DNA of 64,000 nucleotides from an uncultured bacterium. Lineage in GTDB: Bacteria > Oederibacteriota > PGYV01 > CAWJRG01. The notes under the pieces were generated by a model. The model ran no database searches. It saw nothing but the letters and a program-made list of their open reading frames with translations, and was not told the origin of the DNA. Below are positions 1 to 10,014 of this stretch, in pieces (position 1 is the first letter of the stretch; each line of letters begins with the position of its first letter). The stretch is from assembly GCA_963845185.1 (NCBI GenBank), contig CAWJRG010000010.1, forward strand, positions 384,001 to 448,000. The letters run 5' to 3'. Made by a program: the position numbers and the translations under genes.

Positions 1-721
1 CTTTGAGCTGTCTCTTGACATGCCTTTCGAACCACAGGTCTAATATGTAGTGTAGGTAGATGTTCGCCAGTAATGGGCTTAGTATTCCGCCCTGCGGCGT
101 CCCTTTATCCGTTTCGATAAACTTACCTTCTTCCATAATCCCTGCATTTAATATCCTGCCGATTAACCTTATCAGGTTTGTATCGGCAATCCTTTGCGTA
201 AGGCATTTCATTAGCCATTTGTGGTTTATGGTATCGAAAAACTTCTCAATGTCCATATCCACTACTGCGTTGACTGGCTTTGTCATTACTTCCTTATCCA
301 GAATTTTCAATGCCTGATGACAATTTCTGTCAGGCCTGAACCCGTAAGATACTTCGCTGAAGTCTACCTCAAAGATTGACTCAAGAATTTTCTTTACCCC
401 CATCTGGATTATCTTATCCTCGACGGCAGGTATTCCCAGCGGCCTCTTGTCTCCGTTTGTCTTGGGGATGTAGACGCGCCTTGTTGGTTGCGGTATGTAT
501 CTCCACGCCTTCATCCTATTGATTAAATCCTTGATATTTGCCTCTTTGTTGACTTCATATTCCTCTATCCTTACTCCGTCAATGCCCGGGGCTTTGTCCT
601 GTTTTAACTCCCCAAAGCACTCCATTAGAAACTCCTCATTGAGCAGGTGTATCAGCGATGTAAATCTCAATTTTGGATTTTCCTTTGCCCGCATTGTTAT
701 GGTCATAAGTTTTGTTGCCAT
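1..721 (-). CDS. ltrA: Group II intron-encoded reverse transcriptase/maturase, N-terminal part (runs off window start)
   Basis: Manual minus-strand translation from ATG at 721: MATKLMTITMRAKENPKLRFTSLIHLL...KAPGIDG...PQPTRRVYIPK...KRPLGIPAVEDKIIQ...SYGFRPDRNCHQAL...GTPQGGILSPLLANIYLHYILDLWF. These are the RT0-RT4 motifs. Absent from the ORF track because the stop lies outside the window. Confidence 0.95.
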   Translation of the reverse strand, partial: MATKLMTITMRAKENPKLRFTSLIHLLNEEFLMECFGELKQDKAPGIDGVRIEEYEVNKEANIKDLINRMKAWRYIPQPTRRVYIPKTNGDKRPLGIPAVEDKIIQMGVKKILESIFEVDFSEVSYGFRPDRNCHQALKILDKEVMTKPVNAVVDMDIEKFFDTINHKWLMKCLTQRIADTNLIRLIGRILNAGIMEEGKFIETDKGTPQGGILSPLLANIYLHYILDLWFERHVKRQLK

Positions 722-1218
722 TCCGTCTCCACCTCTGTGTGTGGCGGTTGTCTCCCTTATGTCCATACGCATTCCCTCTATCCCCTTTTCTCCATCTACT
801 TTCGTAGACTTCATCGATACTATGGGATAGTCAGACTGCCGGAACATCTTTTGCGGCTCCTTATCTTTTAGGATTTGTCGCCGCATACTCTCGTTTTGAG
901 GGTGTCCCGGCTCTCCCGAGTTCATATCTGCTCCTTGACATCTTGACACGGACTTAGACCCCGTCGGATTCCCACTCTCTCGCCTTTTTATGATTGTGGG
1001 ACTGCTGCCTGCTCTTTTATGAAAAATGTCGGCCTCCGACACGTTGGCGATTTCGGGGCTCAATACCTTCACTTGCGTTGTATCCCGATGTCTCCCGCCT
1101 TCCAGCTTCATTTAGCTCGTTGCCTCACTATTTGTGGAATTTGGTATTGGGCTGGCGGCTGACCTTTGCCCAGGCTGGACTTTCACCAGCGCGAACCGAT
1201 ACGCTTTTCTCGGCGCAC
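1..1218 (-). mobile_element. Group II intron, 5' portion (domains I-IV with RT ORF)
   Basis: Canonical 5' end GTGCGCCG at 1218 on the minus strand, then ~500 nt of non-coding structured sequence leading into the RT ORF. Confidence 0.9.
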
Positions 1219-1300
1219 TCATAATCCGCCTCCCTCTTATTATGTTATCTTTCAACAACCAACTTTCAACTGCTCAACTATCTGCTCTGCCGCGCAGCCG

Positions 1301-2239
1301 TTACCACGCCTTGCCTTCAAAAGCGTTGCTTCCTCCGAAGCCTCCGCCTGTTATATGGCACCAGTAGTCGTACACGGCCACGTCGATACTATCCTTAAAG
1401 GCAAAATATAAAAAAATATAAACAGGCAATGAAAGGCCTGCAAACATTTTAAAAGCCGTGACATATTCCGGGAAAAACATATTTGCGCGCTGCAGTATCA
1501 GGATGGCTGAGAATATTACAAAAGCCAGCCATGCCGTGTTTGAAACAGCAAAGCCTTTTTGCCCGAAAGGCATCCCTATCAGCCTGACAAAAATAAAATA
1601 CATTACCATGGGGAAATAAAAGACAAAAGAAATAGGCTCAATATAAAAAAGCTTTGTTATGGCGTAAAAAGGCTGGTTCAGGGATATCCTGTAAAGCTTG
1701 TCGTCAAGCGGCACATAATCCTCTTTCGACACGTTTGTCTTTTTTTGCCCGGAGCGCGTGTCGGCGATATAGCACAGCGTGCCTGCTATTTTGGTAAACA
1801 CTGTCTTGTCTCCCATGTACCACTTGCCGAGCAATGAATTCATCACGTCGTTCTGGAGTATGTCAATGTCTTCTGCGGGAATTATTGCTTTTGCTCCGTC
1901 CGTGCACAGGATAGCGCCTTTATTCCTTGCGCTGTCAACCCAGATTAATATTATCCTGTCTTCATTCTGCGGCTTCAGGCTCGCCAGGTACGCCTCTGCC
2001 CTTGCCTGCAAATCGTATTTCGTTTTGTCCTGGTCGTAATAAATGTCCAGTTTTATGCCGTAATTTCTCTCAAGCTGTCCGGCATAATCATAAAGCCTGG
2101 TATAAAACCCTACCAGGCCTTCGGGCAGGTTTGTAAAGGTTCCGGCGTTTACCGCCTGGAAAAGGGATATAAAGGCAACGAGCATAAACAGCCTTTTAAA
2201 AGTTTTTTCTTTGTTATTTTGAGAGTAAATGTTTTCCAT
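1301..2239 (-). CDS. TPM-domain-like membrane protein
   Basis: N-terminal signal/TM segment, soluble domain (ILIWVDSARNKGAILC), several C-terminal TM helices and a GGGFGG...W tail typical of TPM/YgcG proteins. Start placed at ATG 2239. Confidence 0.55.
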   Translation of the reverse strand: MENIYSQNNKEKTFKRLFMLVAFISLFQAVNAGTFTNLPEGLVGFYTRLYDYAGQLERNYGIKLDIYYDQDKTKYDLQARAEAYLASLKPQNEDRIILIWVDSARNKGAILCTDGAKAIIPAEDIDILQNDVMNSLLGKWYMGDKTVFTKIAGTLCYIADTRSGQKKTNVSKEDYVPLDDKLYRISLNQPFYAITKLFYIEPISFVFYFPMVMYFIFVRLIGMPFGQKGFAVSNTAWLAFVIFSAILILQRANMFFPEYVTAFKMFAGLSLPVYIFLYFAFKDSIDVAVYDYWCHITGGGFGGSNAFEGKAW

Positions 2240-2351
2240 GGCAGTATTATACCACATTACATTTGCCGTCCAATATTTTTTTAACTATACCAAGGATAAC
2301 GGAATGCAGACCTGCCGGGTTAATAAGAATTTCGCGAAGCAGGAATGAAAA

Positions 2352-2828
2352 TTATTGATAACCATACTGTGTATAATATACTCCACTTGAATCTGTCTGC
2401 GCGTTGTTTACAAACACATTGCCGGTAGTCAGATTGTACTTCCAACCGTCACCAGTGAGTGTGGTTGGCCCCTCGGTGCTTTGTGCTACAGCTTCAGTCG
2501 CAGCTGTAGCGCATGTCCCCGAAAGCGTATTCTGGCCCGAAAATATGCTTGCTGGATGTGTGACTTTTACGGCAGGTAAAGGCACCTTCATATAATTCAT
2601 AAAAAGCGCGTCTGTTATACACGTCGGCCAATTGCCCTGCTGGTCGCCATAATAAATGGAAATTGCCGATTTTATTGCGCCAATGTTTCCTTTTGTGGCC
2701 CCTTCCCTTGCCTTCTCCAGCATCTGAGCGAATTTCGGTATTGCCACTGCCGCAAGTATGCCGATAATGGCAACAACAATCATCAGCTCAATAAGGGTAA
2801 ATCCTTTTCTTGCTTTAGAAATTTTCAT
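2352..2828 (-). CDS. Type IV pilin / pseudopilin-like protein
   Basis: Prepilin N-methylation motif KG/FTLIELMIVVAIIGILAAVAIPKF. Confidence 0.9.
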   Translation of the reverse strand: MKISKARKGFTLIELMIVVAIIGILAAVAIPKFAQMLEKAREGATKGNIGAIKSAISIYYGDQQGNWPTCITDALFMNYMKVPLPAVKVTHPASIFSGQNTLSGTCATAATEAVAQSTEGPTTLTGDGWKYNLTTGNVFVNNAQTDSSGVYYTQYGYQ

Positions 2829-3042
2829 GTGTCCACCGCCTTTTAACCAGTATTGGTCAAGTACCAGTTAATCCAATTTTGAATTTATTTTATGGTTTAC
2901 TGTGCATCTTGTCAAGTTTGATTTTCAGAATTCCGGAACATATAAACAAAAAATTTCAGGAGCTTACGGCCCTGACTTTTATTTATATTACACTATTTTT
3001 ATAATTTATTTCCCAAATCAATATTTAGTATGCAACCATGGC

Positions 3043-6000
3043 TTATCTTAATACAATAATCGTGTCTGCCCTTGATTTTACTTTTGCTCCGCCTTTTTCC
3101 GCAGTTACTGTAAAGTAATATAACCCCGGAGCGAGGCCGCCGGTTTTGCTGCTGTCACATGTTAAAATCACCCCGTTCCCTGTTGGCCCCATTTCCGTTG
3201 CATCAAATGTCTCTTCCATTATCAGCCTTAACGCTTCTGTATATATCTTCAGCGTCATGCTGTCCGCACTGCCCGACGTGACATTAACCGCGATTTTCAG
3301 CTGCCCTATTGCCGGATTAAAAGGGTTCGGGTACGGCTTTACAGAGCCTATTTCCAGCGGCCCTGCAGGTGCCATTGTCGGCGTTATTGTAGGAGTCATT
3401 ACAGGCGTCTTTGTCGCTGAAGGCGCCGCGCATCCGTATATTTCAAAATTGTCTATCCATAAATCCACGCTTGCCTGCGGCGCTGTTGTCGTCTGGAACT
3501 GGAACTCTTTCGCGTTCTGCAGCACCGTATTCAGCGCCGCCGCTGTCCCCCATCCTGCCTGCTTTAACGACGTGAATGGTATGGTTATCTGCGACCATGC
3601 TGCCGGCGCCGTGAATGCATAGGCGTAGCTGTCCCACCCGTCCAGCTCTGTCCCGCTTGAGTTCGAGTAAGGCAGTTTTATTTCGCATGCCGCCCCGTTT
3701 CCTTTTGCATAAAACCTTATTCCCGCAGCACCGCTTAAGTCAGTCACCTGGTAACTCGGCGCTCCTGCTTTTGAATTCAGCTGCATTCCCATGCCTATGT
3801 ACCCGCTGGCTGCCACTGACCCTGTCATCTGCGCCGCGCAGTCAGATGCCCCGCCGTAACCCGGCGAGCTCATTTGGAACGATGTTGTCCCGCTTGTCAC
3901 GGGCCATACCGTGGACGACACGTCGTTATAAGTGTACCAGTACCCTCCCCACGCGTCCTGGTTATTGCAGTTTGCGTTTGTATCCACCATGCACAGGGTT
4001 GCTGATGCCGGCGTGTATGTGGGTGTAGGCCCATTTGGCGTATTTGTCGGCGTCGCCCCGCACCCGTATATTTCAAAATTGTCTATCCATAAATCCACGC
4101 TTGCCTGCGGCGCTGCCGTGGTCTGGAACGCTATCTCTTTCACGTTCTGCAGCACCGAAGTCAGCTGCACGTCTGTCCCCCACCCCGATGCCTGCGTAAA
4201 ATATGAAAAAGGTATGGTCACCTGTGTCCATCCGCCGGCCGGCGCAGTGAATAAATAAGAAAAATAATTGTATCCGTCCAGTTCCTTTCCCGCGGCGTCC
4301 GTGTAAGGTATGTTTATTGAATACGTCCTGCCATCCCCTTTTGTGTAAAACCTTATGCCTGTGGCGCCGCTTATGTTTGTAACCTGAAACGACGACCCCC
4401 CTGAGTTTGCGTTCAGCCCCAGGCCCATGCCTATAAACCCGCTGGCTGCCACTGACCCTGTCATCTGCGCCGCGCAGTCCGCGCCGCCGTCATACCCGGG
4501 AGAGCTCATTGTAAAAGCGCCTTTTACAGGCCATACCGTGGATGACACGTCGCCATATGTATACCAGTACCCTCCCCATGCGTTCTGGCTGCTGCAGTTT
4601 GCCATTTTATCCACCTGGCACGCGTCCGCAGCCGTGGGCGCTATGGTCAGTGTCACCGTGGGCGATATTACAGCTGTCGGTATGGGCGTATTGGTGGGCG
4701 TTGAACCCGGCGGGCAGAAACTGAATATTGATATGCTGTAAGCCGGGAAAGTAAATGAAAAACCTGATGAAACCGGGCCTAAACTGCTCGCCTGCGGAGG
4801 CAGGTCAGGGTCGGCGTATGCAGATGGGTTTACCGCGTGCCACGCGTAATTCTCTATATAATAAGGCGCGGTTGCCGCGCCGGCGAATGTGTATAAGTCA
4901 GCTGTCGAATTCACAGGATAATTGTTTATGGAAATACTGGTTGTGTATGAGTTTGAGGGGTCCTTGTTAATAACCATAAGGCTGAGCTTTCCGTCGCTTC
5001 TTTTGCAGGCGTACACGGGCAGGAGCGCCTGGTTTGACGACGCCGACACAAGTGTATTGCCGGCCGGGTCAGGCACTGAAAAATAATTGTTCATCATATA
5101 ATGCGCCCAGTATGCGGACCTCGGCTGGTATTTGTACTGCTGGAGGGTCTGCGTCCCGTCCTCCAGGTATCCCATATCATAATTTACAGCGTCCGCGTTG
5201 TTGTTCATTACGTCCCAGAAGTTTGCCTTTGCCGACCACCCGAAAGACTTGATGTATTCGCCAAGCCAGTTCGCCGCCCAGATGCCGTTAACGAGGCCGG
5301 TTGTAATAAAAGTCGTGCCTCCTGAATTGTACTCTGTCATCAACACGTCTTTTGTGCCGGGCGCGCCGAATATCCTTGTCTGTATCCCGTTTATAAACGA
5401 TTGCCAGTTTGTCCCGGAAGCCCAGTTGTCTGACTCAGCAAGCGTGACGGCTTCGTCTGTATTTGTCCAGTTCGGGTACAAATGGAAATCTATTCCGTCG
5501 CATAGCCCGAGTTGGCCCTGCGCCTGCAAAACCCGCAGGAACCCCTCTATATACGAGTATCCGTCATACAGTTCTGAATTATTTTCTATGGAAGATACAA
5601 CAGGCCCGTATATTTTAATAGCGGGGTCAGCGGCCTTCATTGCCAGGGCTATCTGTATGTATTTATTGGCGTAATACTCTGCGTCATCCGGGCCGCCTGT
5701 CTCCCACGCCCCGTCCTCCTCATTGCCGATGTGCCAGTATTTGATATTGTAGTGCTGCACATTATTGGCGTAGTTGACCCAGGCCGCTGCCTCCTGCGGC
5801 GTGCCTGAGCCGAAATTTACCGTGATGAGCGGTTCCACATTGCTGCCCATGTTATGGACTATTGTTATAAATTCCTCAAATCCAAAATCAGGGTGGCCTG
5901 CCGGGTTCGCGTCCTGGTTTGATATGTCGGTCGGCGAGGAAATAGTTTTTGTCTGTGTGTTGTAGTCATTTACGTTTACGGTCTGGGTGGTATTGTTGTA

Positions 6001-6735
6001 AAAAAGCATAACTTCGTTCAGCCTGTAGCCCGTGCCTGAGCTTGTTTTAAACACAAACCTCAGGTTACGCGTGGACAGCACGTTAAAAGACTGCACGTCC
6101 ACCCCTCCTGTACCGGCTGTCACGCTTTTAATTGTAGTCCAGTGGTTACCGGCTGCCTGGTGCGGCGCCCAGTCATAATCTCCTGTGTCTGTCCATCCCT
6201 GGATGTCATAGGACACCGCGTACGGCGAGCTCCAGTAAAGCACGGACGAGGTGACAAGGGTGTCGGAGTTGAAGTTTACTATGACGTACGGCTGCTGGCC
6301 GGCGTAAACATTGACCGTGTCCGAGCGCCACTGTGAAGCGTCCGAAGTATCCCCGTCGGTCAGTTTGGATGGTATATTATATGAGGACGATGTGCCCCTG
6401 TAATTGATAAGCCCCGGGAACCCGCGCGAATAAGCCGTTGACGACGGAACCCACACCCCGTCAGCGTTGTAGGCGCCAGTGCCGTTCCAGTGGTAATCAT
6501 CTGAAAGCGACCCGCCAGGGAACCTTAAAAACCTGCACCCTGCGTTGTAAACCTGATATGTCACGGCCGAATAACTGGCGTTTAGAATCCATATCATTGT
6601 ATTGTTGCCGTAAACATTGCCGTAATTAAAGCCGGCGACATCGGTGTTATAATCAACCAATATCGATGCTGTCGCGGCATAAACAGGGATTGAAATTACG
6701 GTTATTGCGATTATTAAAAAGCATTTTTTCAGCAT
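3043..6735 (-). CDS. Secreted multidomain glycoside hydrolase (clan A, GH51/GH79/GH44-like) with inserted F5/8-like domain, two CBM11/CIA30-like modules and a C-terminal YPNPF Ig-like domain
   Basis: Signal peptide; motifs RFPGGSLSDDYHW, ITVNFGSGTPQEAAAWV, YWHIGNE, MTEYN; duplicated WGGYWYTY...GIRFY...LWIDNFEIYG modules; TP linkers; PYPNPFNP...PGLYYF tail. Confidence 0.8.
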   Translation of the reverse strand: MLKKCFLIIAITVISIPVYAATASILVDYNTDVAGFNYGNVYGNNTMIWILNASYSAVTYQVYNAGCRFLRFPGGSLSDDYHWNGTGAYNADGVWVPSSTAYSRGFPGLINYRGTSSSYNIPSKLTDGDTSDASQWRSDTVNVYAGQQPYVIVNFNSDTLVTSSVLYWSSPYAVSYDIQGWTDTGDYDWAPHQAAGNHWTTIKSVTAGTGGVDVQSFNVLSTRNLRFVFKTSSGTGYRLNEVMLFYNNTTQTVNVNDYNTQTKTISSPTDISNQDANPAGHPDFGFEEFITIVHNMGSNVEPLITVNFGSGTPQEAAAWVNYANNVQHYNIKYWHIGNEEDGAWETGGPDDAEYYANKYIQIALAMKAADPAIKIYGPVVSSIENNSELYDGYSYIEGFLRVLQAQGQLGLCDGIDFHLYPNWTNTDEAVTLAESDNWASGTNWQSFINGIQTRIFGAPGTKDVLMTEYNSGGTTFITTGLVNGIWAANWLGEYIKSFGWSAKANFWDVMNNNADAVNYDMGYLEDGTQTLQQYKYQPRSAYWAHYMMNNYFSVPDPAGNTLVSASSNQALLPVYACKRSDGKLSLMVINKDPSNSYTTSISINNYPVNSTADLYTFAGAATAPYYIENYAWHAVNPSAYADPDLPPQASSLGPVSSGFSFTFPAYSISIFSFCPPGSTPTNTPIPTAVISPTVTLTIAPTAADACQVDKMANCSSQNAWGGYWYTYGDVSSTVWPVKGAFTMSSPGYDGGADCAAQMTGSVAASGFIGMGLGLNANSGGSSFQVTNISGATGIRFYTKGDGRTYSINIPYTDAAGKELDGYNYFSYLFTAPAGGWTQVTIPFSYFTQASGWGTDVQLTSVLQNVKEIAFQTTAAPQASVDLWIDNFEIYGCGATPTNTPNGPTPTYTPASATLCMVDTNANCNNQDAWGGYWYTYNDVSSTVWPVTSGTTSFQMSSPGYGGASDCAAQMTGSVAASGYIGMGMQLNSKAGAPSYQVTDLSGAAGIRFYAKGNGAACEIKLPYSNSSGTELDGWDSYAYAFTAPAAWSQITIPFTSLKQAGWGTAAALNTVLQNAKEFQFQTTTAPQASVDLWIDNFEIYGCAAPSATKTPVMTPTITPTMAPAGPLEIGSVKPYPNPFNPAIGQLKIAVNVTSGSADSMTLKIYTEALRLIMEETFDATEMGPTGNGVILTCDSSKTGGLAPGLYYFTVTAEKGGAKVKSRADTIIVLR

Positions 6736-6797
6736 GTCCCCATGGTCTCCATCTCTTCTTATGTTAAAAGGATATTATATAAATACAGCTGAATTTT

Positions 6798-7319
6798 TTA
6801 TTGTTTGTTGAGGATCAGCGCGTTGGTGTTCGTGTACGTGCCGGTGCAGTATAAAATGCAGTCCCACATGTTCCACGTGCCTGTAATATTATGCGTCGTA
6901 AAATTCCCTTTGAAAGTTATGCCGTTGTTGTCGTCAACTGCGTTCAGCGAGGAACTGCTTATGGTCCCCACCATGCCATCCGGAGTCACAAGCGGCACAT
7001 AGCCGTCACTTCCGCCGTTACAGCTGCTCTGCACCGTCTGGTAATTTGAGGTTGAATAATTCAATGAAATATTGACCTTGTTTGAATCGCCGTTGTATTT
7101 CGTAATAACCCACGTCATTGTCCAGCTTGCCTGCGCCGTTGTTTCAGGCACGCCGTTCATGCCGTTGCAAAAATCGCTCTGGTAATAAAATGTCACGGGA
7201 ATTGATGTTTTCCATGTGCCGATGAGATTCCTCGCCGGAGACAATAAGGAAGTCAGGCTGCATCCCACCATGAAAAGGGCAATAACTACAGCCAGCAAAA
7301 ACAATAATAACTTTTTCAT
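6798..7319 (-). CDS. Hypothetical lipoprotein
   Basis: Lipobox FMVG/C after a hydrophobic stretch; GGAGG RBS. Confidence 0.75.
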   Translation of the reverse strand: MKKLLLFLLAVVIALFMVGCSLTSLLSPARNLIGTWKTSIPVTFYYQSDFCNGMNGVPETTAQASWTMTWVITKYNGDSNKVNISLNYSTSNYQTVQSSCNGGSDGYVPLVTPDGMVGTISSSSLNAVDDNNGITFKGNFTTHNITGTWNMWDCILYCTGTYTNTNALILNKQ

Positions 7320-7569
7320 TTGCGCCTCCTGTTTTCCTTTTTGATTTACTTAATTCTATTTATATGATTAATTGTTATCTTATATAGCATAATTGATAAT
7401 TTAGTTTCTGTCAAGTATTTTGTTTGATTTTTTAAATCTTCCTCAAATACTATAATTCATTTTAATAGCTTAATTATTGGCATTTAGCAGCTATTTAAAT
7501 GAACAAGCCCGTAGCTTGCGGCCACGGGCTTGTTACAATAATTTTATAACTTACTATTTAAAAACAAAT

Positions 7570-8550
7570 TTAATAAGTACGGGCAAAACGGAATCCGTAA
7601 TCTAACATCGCATAATACGGGTTTTCAATGCCGCGGTTGCCCACCGGCATTACAGCCGCGCTATTGTCAAAACAGCCACCCCTTGCCACCCGGATGTCTG
7701 TAAGTGCGGCTCCTCTATAATCAGTGGATGTGCCGGGATAATTTCCAAAACAGTCCCAGCACCATTCATAAACATTTCCTGACATATCATAAATGCCAAG
7801 CGCGTTCGGTTTTTTGCTGCCTACGTCATGCGTAGCAGACCCTGAATCCTCGCTGCACCATCCTACAAGCTCCGTTGCCGTTAAATCGGTATAATCATCA
7901 GTCGCGCCGCTGGCATAATCATACGGCGTCCAGCTTGACCCGTCTATGTAGCTTGCCGCACACTGATATTCGCCTTCTGTAGGCAGCCTGTATCCGTTCG
8001 CGCTCCAATTCACAAACGGGTTATCATAACTCCCTGCTGTTGTATTTATGCTGGCTCCATATGCCCCGTCTGTAGAATCCTCGATGGGCGTGGTAAAACC
8101 AGCTTCAGAATAATACACAGGCGTCAGCCCTGTTTTCAGACTGTACGCGTTGCACCAGACTATAGTATCCCGCCAGTTCACCATTATTACAGGCTGAAAT
8201 TTTGCTGCTGTCGGCGCTGCTCCGTCTGTCCCGCTGCTGCCCTCCCTGCCTGCATTTTGAAAAGTAAAACCGTTGTTGATGGCCCATTGATAAACCGTGT
8301 ACCACAACTCATATGTCACCTGGTACTTACCGATTTTAAAAGCAGAAATTGTATGGGTGAAGCCGTTTGTCCCGTCAGTTTGGTAAAATGTGCCGCCTGG
8401 AACCGATACAAGCGCTGAAGAATCAATCGTAGGTACAGGAGTCGCAGCCGGGGTTGTAGGCGATGAATTCTTTTTACTGCTGCAGCCTGTTATAATACTG
8501 AATAAAACAACAAATGCAATTAAAACAAAAAACAATACTGATTTTTTCAT
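7570..8550 (-). CDS. Lipoprotein with FGE-sulfatase (SUMF1/EgtB/PvdO, C-type lectin fold) domain
   Basis: Lipobox ITG/C; motifs YRLPTEGEY, KPNALGIYDMSGNVYEWCWD, RGG...GFR. Start at MKKSV (8550) with GGAGG RBS. Confidence 0.9.
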   Translation of the reverse strand: MKKSVLFFVLIAFVVLFSIITGCSSKKNSSPTTPAATPVPTIDSSALVSVPGGTFYQTDGTNGFTHTISAFKIGKYQVTYELWYTVYQWAINNGFTFQNAGREGSSGTDGAAPTAAKFQPVIMVNWRDTIVWCNAYSLKTGLTPVYYSEAGFTTPIEDSTDGAYGASINTTAGSYDNPFVNWSANGYRLPTEGEYQCAASYIDGSSWTPYDYASGATDDYTDLTATELVGWCSEDSGSATHDVGSKKPNALGIYDMSGNVYEWCWDCFGNYPGTSTDYRGAALTDIRVARGGCFDNSAAVMPVGNRGIENPYYAMLDYGFRFARTY

Positions 8551-8632
8551 CTGAAGCCTCCAGTTTTTACATTCGGTATTTGGTATTTTGGATTCAAATT
8601 CATGAATGCTGAATGCCAAATTGTTTTAAAAC

Positions 8633-9865
8633 CTACTGCGCCCACCACACGTCATTATAATAAACAGCGCCATTATCCCAGCCGGCTATTACCCACATAA
8701 CATTGTTGTAAACAACACTTGTATGATAGGTTCTTACGGCAAATCCTGCCGCTGACGTTGCTTCTATCCATGTTATTCCGTCGCTTGAGTTCCATATATC
8801 GTTCAAGAAACCACATGCTCCTGCCCCGCCTATCACCCAAATTAAGTTATTATATACCACGCTCGTATGGCCGTATCTCGCGCAAAATGCCGCGCCTGTT
8901 GTTGCAGGTGCCCAGTTTTTGCCGTCGGTTGAGCTCCAAACATCATTGTACCAGGCGCTGCCGTCTACACCGCCTATTACCCACATTTCATTTTTGAATA
9001 CAACGCCGGAAAGATTCTGCCTGGCGTTGAAAGAAGCCGCTGTTGTGGTGCATCCCCAGTTTTTACCATCGCTTGAATACCACGCGTCATTTAAAAAACT
9101 GCTCCCATAACCGCCTATCACCCACATTTCATTGTTGAACACAACGCTGGTATGGTATGTCCTTGGTGTAAATGCGCCTGCGGTCGTGGTGCATCCCCAA
9201 TTCACGCCGTTGCTGGAATACCAGACATCGCTGTGTACGCCGCTCCATGCACCGCCTATTACCCACATTAAATTATTGTATACCACACTTGTATGTCCGT
9301 ACCTTACGCTGAATGCAGCGGATGCATTTGCTTCGTACCATGTAGTACCATTGCTGGAATACCATATGTCGTTGTAGTATTTACTGGCATCCATTCCGCC
9401 TATAACCCACATTTCATTGTTATATACCACGCTGGTATGGTTGCCCCTTGCGTTGAATCCTGGCGCCGCTGTCGATAACGCCCACATGCTGCCGGATACA
9501 GGAGTGTATGTAATCGTAGCTGTTACTGTAACCGTGGGTGATATTGCCGGAGTAGAGGAAATAGTAAAAGTTGGCGTCCTTATCGTAGCTGTTGCTGTAA
9601 TCGTGGGCGATATTGCCGGAGTAGAGGAAATAGTAAAAGTTGGCGTCCTTGTGGATGTCTTGGACCAATTCGGAGTGCCTGTAAACATTGCAGCCGTGGC
9701 TGTCTGGTGCAGTACAGCGTTTGTTGCGCTGGCAGCTGCAGTTTGTGTCATATTAGGCGTGTCTGTCGCCTGCGGTGCAACAGGGTTGCTTTTCTTCTTT
9801 GAGCAGGAATTGGAAAGGATTGCCAATAATAGAATTGCAATTGCGATTATCACGAGCTTTTTCAT
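8633..9865 (-). CDS. Lipoprotein with Thr-rich linker and Kelch-like beta-propeller
   Basis: LSNS/C lipobox; repeated HTSVVYNNxMWVIGG...NDVWYSSDG blades. True start MKKL at 9865. Confidence 0.85.
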   Translation of the reverse strand: MKKLVIIAIAILLLAILSNSCSKKKSNPVAPQATDTPNMTQTAAASATNAVLHQTATAAMFTGTPNWSKTSTRTPTFTISSTPAISPTITATATIRTPTFTISSTPAISPTVTVTATITYTPVSGSMWALSTAAPGFNARGNHTSVVYNNEMWVIGGMDASKYYNDIWYSSNGTTWYEANASAAFSVRYGHTSVVYNNLMWVIGGAWSGVHSDVWYSSNGVNWGCTTTAGAFTPRTYHTSVVFNNEMWVIGGYGSSFLNDAWYSSDGKNWGCTTTAASFNARQNLSGVVFKNEMWVIGGVDGSAWYNDVWSSTDGKNWAPATTGAAFCARYGHTSVVYNNLIWVIGGAGACGFLNDIWNSSDGITWIEATSAAGFAVRTYHTSVVYNNVMWVIAGWDNGAVYYNDVWWAQ

Positions 9866-9955
9866 GATTAATGCCTCCCTTTTTAATATTTTCATATATT
9901 TTATCATTTATCCTGCTTCTGTCAAACAAAAAAGCCCGGAGGTCATCCGGGCCTT
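9866..9955 (-). promoter_or_regulatory. Repeated terminator + sigma70 promoter + RBS module (copy 1 of 6)
   Basis: GCCCGG-loop-CCGGGC-TTTTTTG followed by TTGACA-16nt-TAAAAT (TG-extended) and GGGAGGCATTAATCATG. Near-identical copies at ~11473-11560, 14107-14193, 17526-17615, 19174-19265 and 24135-24222. Confidence 0.85.
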
Positions 9956-10014
9956 TTATAATTCCTTAATCAACTATCCACTTTCACCTGCTCAACTTTC
10001 CCGCGCATCGCGCG

